Notes: a model not told the origin generated them from the sequence alone. A stretch of DNA of 64,000 nt from an uncultured Thermococci archaeon (GCA_964595645.1 CAZQQT010000004.1:143153-207152), one strand, 5' to 3'. Shown: positions 37,514 to 46,485, counted from the stretch's first letter. Numbers and translations: made by a program.

Positions 37514-37946
37514 TAGTTCAATATTTTTATCATTTTTCATAGATGGTGTAGATGCTTTTGAGAACCTAAAGAAGTATAACCTTGTCACCTCGACAAATGT
37601 TATTGAAGAAGTTACATATATTCTTATTAAAGAACGATCAAAAATTATTTCGGGAATCGAAAAACACTATGACTTGTTAAAATACTTGAGAAAAAATCCA
37701 GACTTCGTTAAGGATGTATCAAAAGAAGTTATTTCCGACATTTCTGCAGTAACAGAAGGATACGATGTGGATGTCTTATCTCCAGCATCATCTATACTAA
37801 TGTATAAGATGATAGAAGAATGGGGTATACTTCCAAACGACGCGTTAATCGCAGCCACATGTAAATACTACGGAATAAAGAATATAGCAACACTTGACGA
37901 AGATTTCAAAAGAGTAGATTTCCTAAAAATAGTTGAAATTGAATGA
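37488..37946 (+). CDS. VapC/PIN toxin (intact)
   Basis: IFVDSS, V.EE, LPNDALIAATC, IAT.D.DF. Confidence 0.88.
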   Translation: MIEDPIFVDSSIFLSFFIDGVDAFENLKKYNLVTSTNVIEEVTYILIKERSKIISGIEKHYDLLKYLRKNPDFVKDVSKEVISDISAVTEGYDVDVLSPASSILMYKMIEEWGILPNDALIAATCKYYGIKNIATLDEDFKRVDFLKIVEIE

Positions 37947-38149
37947 ATTTCCTGCAAGAGGAGTCTGAGAAAACGAGAAATGAGCTGGGAAACAAAATAG
38001 ACAAGATGGGAGAAAAGGTTGACAACGTCGGCGAAAAAACAGAGTTACTCCGGGTAGATCTGAGAGAGTACATAGAGTCAAATTTTAAACGGGTGTACGA
38101 AGAAATCGCAGAGATTAAGCAGGCATTGAAGAAAGATGGCATAATGTAG
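37943..38149 (+). CDS. Small coiled-coil protein (possibly a C-terminal remnant)
   Basis: 68 aa, heptad repeats KIDKMGE/KVDNVGE; ATGA overlap with the PIN gene. Confidence 0.45.
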   Translation: MNFLQEESEKTRNELGNKIDKMGEKVDNVGEKTELLRVDLREYIESNFKRVYEEIAEIKQALKKDGIM

Positions 38150-38281
38150 TTGTATACCATCGCTTTTCATGTAGCTATGTTATACATGTGCAGTGAACAG
38201 GTGGTATGTGGAATATTCCCTGCAAATAACATTTTTGTTAATCTAGAGTGGGCAAACCATTCATTGTGAATTGCATAGAAC

Positions 38282-39037
38282 TCACTCTATATCGAACCCA
38301 TGCTCCGTCAACGTTTCGACTACCTCTTTTTTTACGTGGTGGTACGGTGGAGGGTTCACCACGAGAACTCCCAGATCACGTACCCACTCAGATTCAGTGA
38401 TCGTGAGAGAGATCCGTGGAGGATGGCCGACTGTCTCCATTTTTCGTTCAACCAACGTTTTTTGTGGCGTGATATCCTGGCGCAGCAGAAACCACACATC
38501 GTACAGATCTCTCCCCTTCTCTCTCATGCTCAGAGCCCGTAATTTTTCGGCAAGTACCTCCTCCTTCTGGAGACCCAACACATTCACTACCCTCGCCTCC
38601 GGATACTCAAAAAACAGTCGAACCCATGTCGGCTCGAGGAACACATCCCCTCGTTTCGATGCCTCAATATTTAATGTTCCCACCGATCTTTTCGAACCAT
38701 CAAAAAGAGGTCCCCGGTATCGCAGCCGCCCTGAAAATGACAGATCATCCGAGTCTATTCTATCGATGGATGCTTCAACACCGTATGAGTGTAGCGTGGA
38801 AGCAGCATCTTTCAACTGTTCTATCACATCGCCCTCTTCACATATCGTAAATTCGAGATCCTCCGAAAATCGATCTAACCCGTACGCGTGTTTTAAAAAC
38901 GTTCCCCCTTTAAACACGAGGAAATCCGCTCTTTTGTACAGTTCTTTCAAAAACAATGACTGGATATAGTCCTGTTCGAGTATATGCAATGGTAATTCGT
39001 TTCCATGTATTTCTCTTAACTGTCTTCTCGTGATCAT
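38282..39037 (-). CDS. AbiEii nucleotidyltransferase toxin (type IV TA)
   Basis: LEQDY, FKGGT, RFSEDLEF, AEK.RA...R..GRDLYD. Confidence 0.9.
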   Translation of the reverse strand: MITRRQLREIHGNELPLHILEQDYIQSLFLKELYKRADFLVFKGGTFLKHAYGLDRFSEDLEFTICEEGDVIEQLKDAASTLHSYGVEASIDRIDSDDLSFSGRLRYRGPLFDGSKRSVGTLNIEASKRGDVFLEPTWVRLFFEYPEARVVNVLGLQKEEVLAEKLRALSMREKGRDLYDVWFLLRQDITPQKTLVERKMETVGHPPRISLTITESEWVRDLGVLVVNPPPYHHVKKEVVETLTEHGFDIE

Positions 39038-39768
39038 CGTCCCCTCCTATTCACATAGAGTTTCCACTCAGCGTTCAGGTTAGACTTCTCCCTGTTCGGA
39101 TCCAGTGTCGTATACGTCGTGATGATCTTTTTGATCTCCTCTTTTTCAAATTTCACGCCCCTTGTATCTAAAAGATACCCTATGCGAGAGGCAATAGCCG
39201 AACTATCCGTTTTTTTACAGTAACCGATTAATTTTTCTGTATTCAGATCATCTGAGATCGCATCGTATATCCGTGATACTCCTCCTGAATACTCTAGATG
39301 TCTCACACAATCGATTAAAGTCTTTTCTTTATCGGACACTACTACTTTCCCGTGCCTCTCATATCCAAAAAAGAATTCTTTTTTGACTGTCACATACCGT
39401 ATATCCTGTCCCTGCAGTTCTATCGGTCTTTTTCTCCTTGTCGTAACAAGAAAAACAGTTCTCGGCACTTGTTCTGTCATGTCGTGATAGTGCAAGGCGC
39501 TCCAAAACGCAATATAGGAAGGGATGAATATCTCGGGGACGATCTCGTAGATATCCATCTCGTTCCACACATCCGTCAAAATGTATTTTCCCCTCTCAAT
39601 TCTCTGTATCAATCCCTTACCCTTCATGCTTTCAAGTATTCGGTACGTGTTCTCTTGAGAGATTTTTAGGAATCTCCGTATATCTTGTGGTGCAAAAACA
39701 ACCATGTCCCTTGATTTGGTTTCGGATATCACCTGAGATTCCCGTTTTGATACGCTCACACTTTTCAT
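39034..39768 (-). CDS. AbiEi antitoxin (type IV TA)
   Basis: KGLIQRIERGKY, YIAFWSALHYH..TEQ.P, DKEKTLIDC. Confidence 0.9.
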   Translation of the reverse strand: MKSVSVSKRESQVISETKSRDMVVFAPQDIRRFLKISQENTYRILESMKGKGLIQRIERGKYILTDVWNEMDIYEIVPEIFIPSYIAFWSALHYHDMTEQVPRTVFLVTTRRKRPIELQGQDIRYVTVKKEFFFGYERHGKVVVSDKEKTLIDCVRHLEYSGGVSRIYDAISDDLNTEKLIGYCKKTDSSAIASRIGYLLDTRGVKFEKEEIKKIITTYTTLDPNREKSNLNAEWKLYVNRRGR

Positions 39769-39797
39769 GTAACTAAGTTATACATTTACTATATAAA
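39767..39797 (-). promoter_or_regulatory. Leaderless promoter and palindromic operator of abiE-2
   Basis: TTTATATA (minus, 39790-97) ~25 bp before ATG; TAACT-A-AGTTA flanked by ATGTA/TACAT over the start site. Confidence 0.5.
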
Positions 39798-39887
39798 AAG
39801 ATTACGTAAAATATAGATGACGAACCATGCCCCTCGGCGTTCACACCTGAATAAAAATCCTTATCGTTCAATGTGAAGATCACATAA

Positions 39888-40189
39888 AGAAACTGCTGGG
39901 AAATAGTATTGCCATCATCAATAGCTTGAGTTTAAAGAATAAAGAAGGAATACGTAGAGCTATGGAACCATGGGATAAGTTTTTATTGTAAAATAGTGGT
40001 GGTGAGAAAAAGTGATTGAAATTCCCGGAAGATCTCAGATGGATACTCAAAAAAGAAGAAAATGTGAGATTCGTAGAATCTGTCGTAGTTCAAAGACTAT
40101 GTGAGATAAAAGTGGGGGATCTACTTACAGAAAAGAGTGAATTGAAAGAAAAGGATATCGATCAACTCGATCATCTCGTAAAAAAAGAA
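39888..40189 (+). repeat. 302-bp exact direct repeat, copy 1
   Basis: Base-by-base identical to 42467-42768. Confidence 0.95.
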
Positions 40190-40219
40190 CTGCACAAGAG
40201 GATACGTGGAACGGAATGA
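40016..40219 (+). CDS. Putative antitoxin of a PIN module (copy 1)
   Basis: 67 aa, P..L, KSEL.E.D...L...VK; ATGA overlap with the PIN gene. Confidence 0.7.
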   Translation: MKFPEDLRWILKKEENVRFVESVVVQRLCEIKVGDLLTEKSELKEKDIDQLDHLVKKELHKRIRGTE

Positions 40220-40503
40220 GATTTGTCATCGACACAAACATTCTATTCTCTGCAATAATCAAAAAGTCCATCACGAGAAATATTATTCTTAGTGATGTAT
40301 TCGATCTATATGTCCCGGAATACCTCTTTGAAGAAATAAACAACAATAGGAAGATAATTTTGGAAAAAGCGAGAATGGAAGAAGAACCCTTCCTTGCCTT
40401 GCTCACATTGTTTCAAAAACATGTGCGAATAGTGAGAAAAAAAGACTACCAATGTAAAATTCCTCGAGCTGAAAAAACGATGAGAAAGGTAGTAGAAAAT
40501 TAG
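40216..40503 (+). pseudogene. PIN-domain toxin, C-terminally truncated
   Basis: FVIDTNILFSA, P.Y..EE; stops before the D..D.PF.ALA catalytic segment present in the paralog at 40786-41234. Confidence 0.7.
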
Positions 40504-40785
40504 TGACAAAGAACATCGATGAACGCTCACAGGAAATCGATGAGATCTTACACGACACACCACATGAAGAAGACCCGTTACACGTTATTCATGAGTTTTT
40601 TGTCAGGAACATCCACATTTTTATCTCAATAGGAATGCTGTTATTACCCTCCTGTAGTAGTAATGTGCAACGGTAATGACTAGAAACAACTACTTCTATT
40701 GTTGTGATCCAGCGATGGGCCCCATTCTCTATCATCGCAGAGAAAAACCAATGCAGAGAATATAGAATTTCATCGCGCAAGAGTT

Positions 40786-41234
40786 TTACTTCCATTCGTC
40801 ACATGCGTTCACGATCTCTTTCGTTGTATATACCTTACTTGTTTCCTGTTGTGTAAAATGTGTATCATCCGACCATAATGGACAGTGTAACGCTAATGCC
40901 AGAGCCAAGAAGGGTGTATCCTTTGCATCAACATCCTTCATTATCGTATACGCATCTCGGATTTTATGGGCGTACAATTCGGAAGGGATGATGTGAACGG
41001 GTTCGAGTATCACTTTTAACATATACTCAAAACTTTGTTTTGCAACGTTTTCTCCCTTTTGGAGAGTATATAGCTTTTGTACTCCTGTATCTCTCTTAAT
41101 CCATCCTCTGGATAGTAAATATCCAATGAATCCGATCTCAATAATCGTCCTGTAAAAGAATTGTCCTTGAGCAACGCGGATATCAAGACATTGGTATCAA
41201 CTACAACTCGTATTTCTTCTTTGTCTCTTTCCAT
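40786..41234 (-). pseudogene. PIN-domain toxin, frameshifted
   Basis: VVVDTNVLISAL in one frame; DAKDTPFLALAL, WSDD.HF in the next; 1-nt loss at ~41034-41036 (aac aaa _gt ttt gag). Confidence 0.85.
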
Positions 41235-41410
41235 ACCTTCTCCCTTACCCCATCCAACGCGTCTAATTCGTCCTCTTCTAATGAAAGCTCTTCCTTACAT
41301 CTTTCAAAGAGGACCCACTTCACCTCTTCTTCTCTCACCAGTTCATCGATCTTCTTTTTGAGAAGTGATGATGGGATGTCTTTTGGAATCTTTACGGTAA
41401 TTTCACTCAT
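41201..41410 (-). CDS. Putative antitoxin
   Basis: MSEITVKIP.DI N-terminal strand, acidic tail; overlaps the PIN start. Confidence 0.7.
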   Translation of the reverse strand: MSEITVKIPKDIPSSLLKKKIDELVREEEVKWVLFERCKEELSLEEDELDALDGVREKVWKETKKKYEL

Positions 41411-41471
41411 GACAATCTTTTCTGTTGCTTTCTATTAAAATCTTTCTATTTTCCTTGGATGTACAGAGGTA

Positions 41472-41729
41472 TTATTTGTATGCTTTTTTTCTTGGCAACA
41501 CAGCAAAAACTACAATTGTATGATTCTTCTGGAGTTCAAAGAGAACTCTATATTTTCCGACTCTCAACCGATAATACTGTTTGTATCCTTTTAATTTCTT
41601 TATGTCCAGTCGTGGAGAAAATCCTTCTTTAAGTTTTACTAACTTTTCCTTTATGCGCTTATGCACGTCTGGATCTACATCATCTAATTGTTTTTGTGCT
41701 TTTCTTTCCAAAAATACTTTATAGTTCAT
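41472..41729 (-). CDS. RelE-family toxin
   Basis: YKV...A.K.L, IKKLKG....YRLRVGKYRVLF, R..AY. Confidence 0.9.
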   Translation of the reverse strand: MNYKVFLERKAQKQLDDVDPDVHKRIKEKLVKLKEGFSPRLDIKKLKGYKQYYRLRVGKYRVLFELQKNHTIVVFAVLPRKKAYK

Positions 41730-41892
41730 TTAATTCAATTGTTCCAGTTTTTTTTCTTCTCTCGTAACCTTCTATCTCCTTTATTTCATCTTCTTCAGGT
41801 TCTTCTATTCCTATCAGTCGTGAATCTACTACATTTTCAATTTTTTCTAGCATAAGCTTCATTTCTTCCATTTCTTTTGTTATTTCTTTCAT
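41719..41892 (-). CDS. Antitoxin partner of RelE (57 aa, not in the ORF track)
   Basis: MKEITKEMEEMKLMLEKIENVVDSRLIGIEEPEEDEIKEIEGYERRKKTGTIELNEL; AGGTGA RBS; overlaps relE start. Confidence 0.8.
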   Translation of the reverse strand: MKEITKEMEEMKLMLEKIENVVDSRLIGIEEPEEDEIKEIEGYERRKKTGTIELNEL

Positions 41893-41970
41893 TATTTCAC
41901 CTATTTTTATTACGTAAGATGTATCTAAATTATATAAATCTTTCCACCGTGCTGTGATGTAAAGAAGGAC

Positions 41971-42168
41971 TCATCGTTCATTCACCATCTGAAGGTACTT
42001 TTTTCGAGTTACCTTCACATTCTTTGCATTCAGCATGAAACTATCAACTAACACTGCCTGTTGCTCGCTCCACACCTCGTTGGGTACGCGTTTCACCCAG
42101 TCGGCATAGTAGTGGATGAATTTCAGTCGTTCCTGCAGGTTTTGTTCTTTATCAAACTTCAATTCCAT
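41971..42168 (-). CDS. Small hypothetical protein paired with a nucleotidyltransferase
   Basis: N..ERL.FI.YYA.WVK..PN..WS.QQA..VDS; GGTGA RBS; overlaps the upstream NTase remnant. Confidence 0.7.
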   Translation of the reverse strand: MELKFDKEQNLQERLKFIHYYADWVKRVPNEVWSEQQAVLVDSFMLNAKNVKVTRKKYLQMVNER

Positions 42169-42385
42169 ACTTCTCACCGCTCACATGCAGTTCTTCCATG
42201 AACTTCCTGAGCAGATTGTGATCTGCATGTTCCTTAAAAATATCCCAGAGATACACGGCATCTTCTATATCTTTTTTGCTACCTAAATACAGTTTATACG
42301 GTATTTGTAACTCTATTGGAGAAATATATATACTTTTTTTGTCTATGGTAACTTTCAATCTATTGTCGATACTATATTTATCCAT
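42152..42385 (-). pseudogene. C-terminal remnant of a nucleotidyltransferase-like gene
   Basis: ISPIELQIPYKLYLGS.KDIEDA motif; the N-terminal catalytic part is absent. Confidence 0.6.
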
Positions 42386-42466
42386 GAGGACAGGCTTTTG
42401 GCACGCCCTATAGCTGATGAGATGATCTTGAAAATGTAAGTGTGGAGGAACATGGTATAACAATAG

Positions 42467-42768
42467 AGAAACTGCTGGGAAATAGTATTGCCATCATCAA
42501 TAGCTTGAGTTTAAAGAATAAAGAAGGAATACGTAGAGCTATGGAACCATGGGATAAGTTTTTATTGTAAAATAGTGGTGGTGAGAAAAAGTGATTGAAA
42601 TTCCCGGAAGATCTCAGATGGATACTCAAAAAAGAAGAAAATGTGAGATTCGTAGAATCTGTCGTAGTTCAAAGACTATGTGAGATAAAAGTGGGGGATC
42701 TACTTACAGAAAAGAGTGAATTGAAAGAAAAGGATATCGATCAACTCGATCATCTCGTAAAAAAAGAA
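42467..42768 (+). repeat. 302-bp exact direct repeat, copy 2
   Basis: Identical to 39888-40189 (offset 2579 bp). Confidence 0.95.
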
Positions 42769-42828
42769 TTGTACAAGCGAATAGAGGTAGTTTATGAAGA
42801 TGGGGGTTTAAACCCCTCAAAAGAGTGA
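42595..42828 (+). CDS. Putative antitoxin (copy 2), no toxin downstream
   Basis: First 59 aa identical to 40016-40219; different C-terminus. Confidence 0.65.
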   Translation: MKFPEDLRWILKKEENVRFVESVVVQRLCEIKVGDLLTEKSELKEKDIDQLDHLVKKELYKRIEVVYEDGGLNPSKE

Positions 42829-42917
42829 GTTTTCCTGAAAAAAACCAGGGGTGAGGTAACATTGGGGGGAAAATTTGTTATAGACCTTTTTGCCAAAAAA
42901 GATAAGAAAAGAGTTGA

Positions 42918-43178
42918 GCAGAGTCTGATATCGATCTGTTGGTGATAGGCGACGTGAGTGTAGAGGAATTAGTAGATCTCTCCTTTCCAATATTACTAAA
43001 ATATGGTGAATTTATCTCAGCAGGAGATATGAAAAAAAAGCAGTTTGAGTTCTTAGCGAGAGAAAAATATTCATTTGTAAAAAACATTGTGAAGGAAGGT
43101 GTGGTGTTGTATGAAAGAGTGGAAAAAACATCTGAAGAGGGCAGAAGAGAAGTGAAGATCAGCAAAAATTTTATTTGA
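42918..43178 (+). pseudogene. Minimal nucleotidyltransferase remnant (N-terminus lost)
   Basis: ESDIDLLVIG...F.KN..KEG..LY; the GS motif is absent. Confidence 0.7.
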
Positions 43179-43479
43179 GAATGATATGGTCGCCGACTCT
43201 ACAAATGAGGCTTACTACACCATGTTTCATGCTGCAAAGGCGTTACTCGCATTAAAAAACATTTATCCAAAAACACATCAGGGTGTGGTTTACAGTCTGT
43301 CACCGAAGGACTCATCGAGGAACTGTAAGCAAAGAGTTTAACAAAGGCAGAAATCAAGCGTGAAAAAGCAGAATAGCAACAGTTACTACGAGCTGTCTAA
43401 AGAAGAGGCAGAAACCATTGTGGACGACGCTGAGAAATTTTTAGAGAGAATCACAGGAGCAACAAAGGAAATGGAATAA
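43111..43479 (+). pseudogene. HEPN (UPF0332-type) gene, multiply disrupted
   Basis: RAEEK*RSA (TGA 43153-55), AYY.MFHAAKALL, KTH.G; further stops/frameshifts; tail A..IV..AE.FL.RI. Confidence 0.85.
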
Positions 43480-43544
43480 CTTTCAGTTACTCGAACTGCT
43501 GACCTCACCGGAAGAAATTTATTTCCTCACTACTACTCTTTTCT

Positions 43545-43898
43545 ATGAGAAGAACATACGTAGTCCAGAAACACGATGCATCCCAGCTCCACTACGATCT
43601 CAGACTGGAAAAGGATGGCGTCCTGAAAAGCTGGGCTGTTCCTAAGGGAATTCCCCAGAAGAAAGGCGTGAAACGCCTCGCCATTGCAGTGGACGATCAT
43701 GCCCTCGAGTACGCAACCTTCGAAGGTACCATCGAAGAGGGCTACGGCGCGGGCACGGTGGAAATCTGGGACAAGGGCGAGTACGAGGAAGAAGAATGGG
43801 GGGACAAGAAGATCGTGATCACTCTCCACGGTGACAAGATCACCGGTGAGTACGCGCTGATCAAAACAAGCTTCGGATGGCTCATCTTCAAGAAGTGA
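43545..43898 (+). CDS. Stand-alone LigD 3'-phosphoesterase (PE) domain protein
   Basis: VVQKH.A..LHYDLRLE..GVL.SWAVPKG, RLA..V.DH..Y..FEG.I..GYGAG.V.IWD.G. Confidence 0.92.
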   Translation: MRRTYVVQKHDASQLHYDLRLEKDGVLKSWAVPKGIPQKKGVKRLAIAVDDHALEYATFEGTIEEGYGAGTVEIWDKGEYEEEEWGDKKIVITLHGDKITGEYALIKTSFGWLIFKK

Positions 43899-43937
43899 AC
43901 GTTTTTATACAGCGACGCCCAATATCTGTGTGATACT

Positions 43938-44327
43938 ATGGTAGTGAAGATCAGTATCTACACGGAGGCCACCGGGAAGGTGGAGGGGGTTCTCACGGAG
44001 GATCAGAGCCCACAGACCGTCGAGGCCATCATCAACGCCCTCCCCATTGAATCCGCCGCACAGCGATGGGGCGACGAGGTCTACTTCACCACGCCCGTCA
44101 CTGCGGAGGAAGAAGATCCTGTCTCCACCGTGGAGAAGGGCACCATCGCCTTCTGGCCTGCCGGGAACGCAATCTGCATTTTCTGGGGCCCCACACCGAT
44201 GAGCCCCTCACCCGACGAGATCCGTCCTGCGAGTCCTGTCAACCTCATTGGAACGATCACCGGCGACCCCTCCGTGTTCTCAAATGTCGATGCGGGAACA
44301 ACAATACGGATAGAACGCGTAGAATGA
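43938..44327 (+). CDS. Cyclophilin-like fold protein (DUF369-like)
   Basis: P.TV.AI..LP, WGDEVYF, G.IAFWP.G.AICIF.G.TP, PASPVN. Confidence 0.85.
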   Translation: MVVKISIYTEATGKVEGVLTEDQSPQTVEAIINALPIESAAQRWGDEVYFTTPVTAEEEDPVSTVEKGTIAFWPAGNAICIFWGPTPMSPSPDEIRPASPVNLIGTITGDPSVFSNVDAGTTIRIERVE

Positions 44328-44410
44328 GCGAAAAACTCCTCTGTTCCCTTGGGAATCAAAGCTTGCAAAAAATTTAAATAGATAAAACGTGTAGTATGAG
44401 GTGTGATATC

Positions 44411-44638
44411 ATGACAGTCGCATATATCCTCTGTGTGGCAGAGGTAGGGAAGGAGAAAGCGGTGCAGACAAAACTCAAAGAGTTTGAGGAGGTAAAGGAG
44501 GTCTATGTCGTGTACGGCGAATATGATCTCGTGGTAAAAATAGAAATACCCGATCTGAAGCAACTAGACGCATTCATCACAGACAAAATCCGAGGAATCG
44601 AGCATATCGAAATGACATCAACGATGATAGCGTTGTAA
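44411..44638 (+). CDS. Lrp/AsnC ligand-binding (RAM) domain protein
   Basis: AYIL...E.GKE, V.E...VYGEYD, IR.I..I..T.T. Confidence 0.9.
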   Translation: MTVAYILCVAEVGKEKAVQTKLKEFEEVKEVYVVYGEYDLVVKIEIPDLKQLDAFITDKIRGIEHIEMTSTMIAL

Positions 44639-44640
44639 GA

Positions 44641-44658
44641 CTTCTTTTTCGTTTTTTT
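44641..44658 (+). terminator. Oligo-T archaeal terminator
   Basis: CTTCTTTTTCGTTTTTTT immediately after the stop codon. Confidence 0.5.
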
Positions 44659-44718
44659 CCAAAATGAAAAAACGCAAAATTTAAAAAGCGAGGATGTAAT
44701 CCTATTCTTGGTGTTGCA

Positions 44719-45696
44719 ATGGAAAGAAAAAAATATGCGGTAATCGGCGTCTCTCTTACTGTAATCATCGTACTGGCAGGACTGGTGTATGGATCGAGCA
44801 CGGCATTTGCCACATCAGGATCACCAAAAAAGACCTACTTCGAGTTCGGAGAGACATCGCTCGCAGTTAACGCGTACGAAGGAACGTACAAGGAGTTACG
44901 CGGGCTCGTGGGACGCGCGGAGGAAGTCACCGTGTACCACACAGGAAATAAGGACGTCGCAACCTACCTCGAAACTGTCGACTACAGTATACACGCCGAA
45001 CAACTCGGGTTTCTCGATAAGCTGATGATCGCGTTCCATCACAAGGGGACTGCGGACAACCCCGTGGTACTCGTCGAACAGGGCGATCTTTCGATCACAG
45101 TAGTACGAGAGAACGTCTTCATCGTCAGAACGCCCAGTCTGGACGTACTCAAGCAGGTGTTCTCCTACAGTACAGAACATGCCTACGACTTCAGCGCAGA
45201 ACCCTTCACGATCAAAATCCCCTTCAACCTCCAAAATGAGAAGTTTAGTTTACCTGCCTTCGCAGGCATCAACCAAGAAACGCTACGAGAAAATAACAAC
45301 ATGATATTTAGCATGCTACGAGCGCCACTTATCAACCCGGAGATACAGAATCTGTACCTTATCCACACACCATGGGAGACATCGGGTGAGGAGAACAGAT
45401 CGCTGACAAAGGGTGTCGCGTACATCTCCCGAGTTATCGGTCAGATTCGCCCCGAGATGGTGGATGAAAAAACGTATATTATTACGGATCTCACCACACT
45501 AGACAAACTCATGCTCTACATGGAAATCATCGGCACAAAAGAAGTTCCCGTATACTGTATACGAACCCAGGTGGACAACGCAAACCAGGACGGGATCTAC
45601 ATGCCCCGGGAGGGGTTTGTGTATCTTGAAGTCGAGAACCATGAGAATATTGAGAAGTACAGCATGGGTCTGGCCACCATCCTCGGAGGAAGTTGA
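44719..45696 (+). CDS. Membrane-anchored/secreted hypothetical protein with an internal two-fold repeat
   Basis: N-terminal TM; L..LDKLM.......GT...PV occurs twice; first gene of a three-gene operon. Confidence 0.7.
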   Translation: MERKKYAVIGVSLTVIIVLAGLVYGSSTAFATSGSPKKTYFEFGETSLAVNAYEGTYKELRGLVGRAEEVTVYHTGNKDVATYLETVDYSIHAEQLGFLDKLMIAFHHKGTADNPVVLVEQGDLSITVVRENVFIVRTPSLDVLKQVFSYSTEHAYDFSAEPFTIKIPFNLQNEKFSLPAFAGINQETLRENNNMIFSMLRAPLINPEIQNLYLIHTPWETSGEENRSLTKGVAYISRVIGQIRPEMVDEKTYIITDLTTLDKLMLYMEIIGTKEVPVYCIRTQVDNANQDGIYMPREGFVYLEVENHENIEKYSMGLATILGGS

Positions 45697-46484
45697 TGCG
45701 GATTAAATTTTTAGATATCGTCATCCTTCTCCTAATTACACTCTCTCTTTTTTCATATTTCTTACAGTACGGCACATACGAACAGAAAGAACGATTGGAG
45801 TACTCTGGATCACAGATTTTTAAAGCGGTGAAAGATTTTGAAAACTACACGAGCAAGGGGTTCGCTTACCACGTCACCGTCACCGGGAGGGTAAACATGG
45901 ACGACTCCCCCGTGGAGATCACCGGTATTGTCACCGAGACGGGGAGGGGAAACTTCGTACTCAAAACGCCCCAGGGAAACCAGTATACCGTAGGGGGTGT
46001 CATGAGCTACGAGGAGGATATCGCCGCGAAAACCATGGTGATGACCGTTGAAAACAAATCCACCGTGTTCTACGAGGCAACACCAGTAGAAACAACCAGT
46101 TTTGAGGCGCTGTACTCCTATGTGACGGAAACATCGTCGTTCATGGAGTACAAAGGGATCTACGATATCGCCATCTCCGGCGAGTTCACCATTATCCCGG
46201 GGGAGGAGGCATTCGCTCCGCGAATCAACGATACACTCACACATCACATCATCGCCTGTAAGGGGATCCATCTCGATGGACACACCCTCACACTGGTCCA
46301 ATGCAGTATCGACGAGCTACAATCCCTCGCAGCACTCCTGTCATCGGAAAAAATTTATACCGGGGATTTCTGGGTTGTTATCCGCACAGAAGAAGAAATC
46401 GAAGAGCTGGAAAAGTATGCTATCAAGCGTGAGGACGACGACACCCCCGCGATATATAAGGATTCCATCCATATCAGGTTATAA
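45696..46484 (+). CDS. Membrane-anchored hypothetical protein
   Basis: N-terminal TM (LDIVILLLITLS), soluble beta-rich remainder; TGATG coupling. Confidence 0.7.
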   Translation: MRIKFLDIVILLLITLSLFSYFLQYGTYEQKERLEYSGSQIFKAVKDFENYTSKGFAYHVTVTGRVNMDDSPVEITGIVTETGRGNFVLKTPQGNQYTVGGVMSYEEDIAAKTMVMTVENKSTVFYEATPVETTSFEALYSYVTETSSFMEYKGIYDIAISGEFTIIPGEEAFAPRINDTLTHHIIACKGIHLDGHTLTLVQCSIDELQSLAALLSSEKIYTGDFWVVIRTEEEIEELEKYAIKREDDDTPAIYKDSIHIRL

Positions 46485-46485
46485 C

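Noticed and set aside
41902-41929. ATGTATCTAAA resembling an archaeal dif right arm
   Set aside because: No complementary left arm; it lies within the relBE promoter region
4705-43155. In-frame TGA codons (4705, 36427, 43153) as selenocysteine or genetic-code reassignment
   Set aside because: They are not at Cys/Trp-type positions, two sit in genes with additional frameshifts, and TGA terminates many intact genes here
34868-43479. Integron cassette array (TAACATTGGGGG at 35730 and 42857)
   Set aside because: No paired RYYYAAC/GTTRRRY boxes at attC spacing, genes lie on both strands with their own promoters, and no integrase is present
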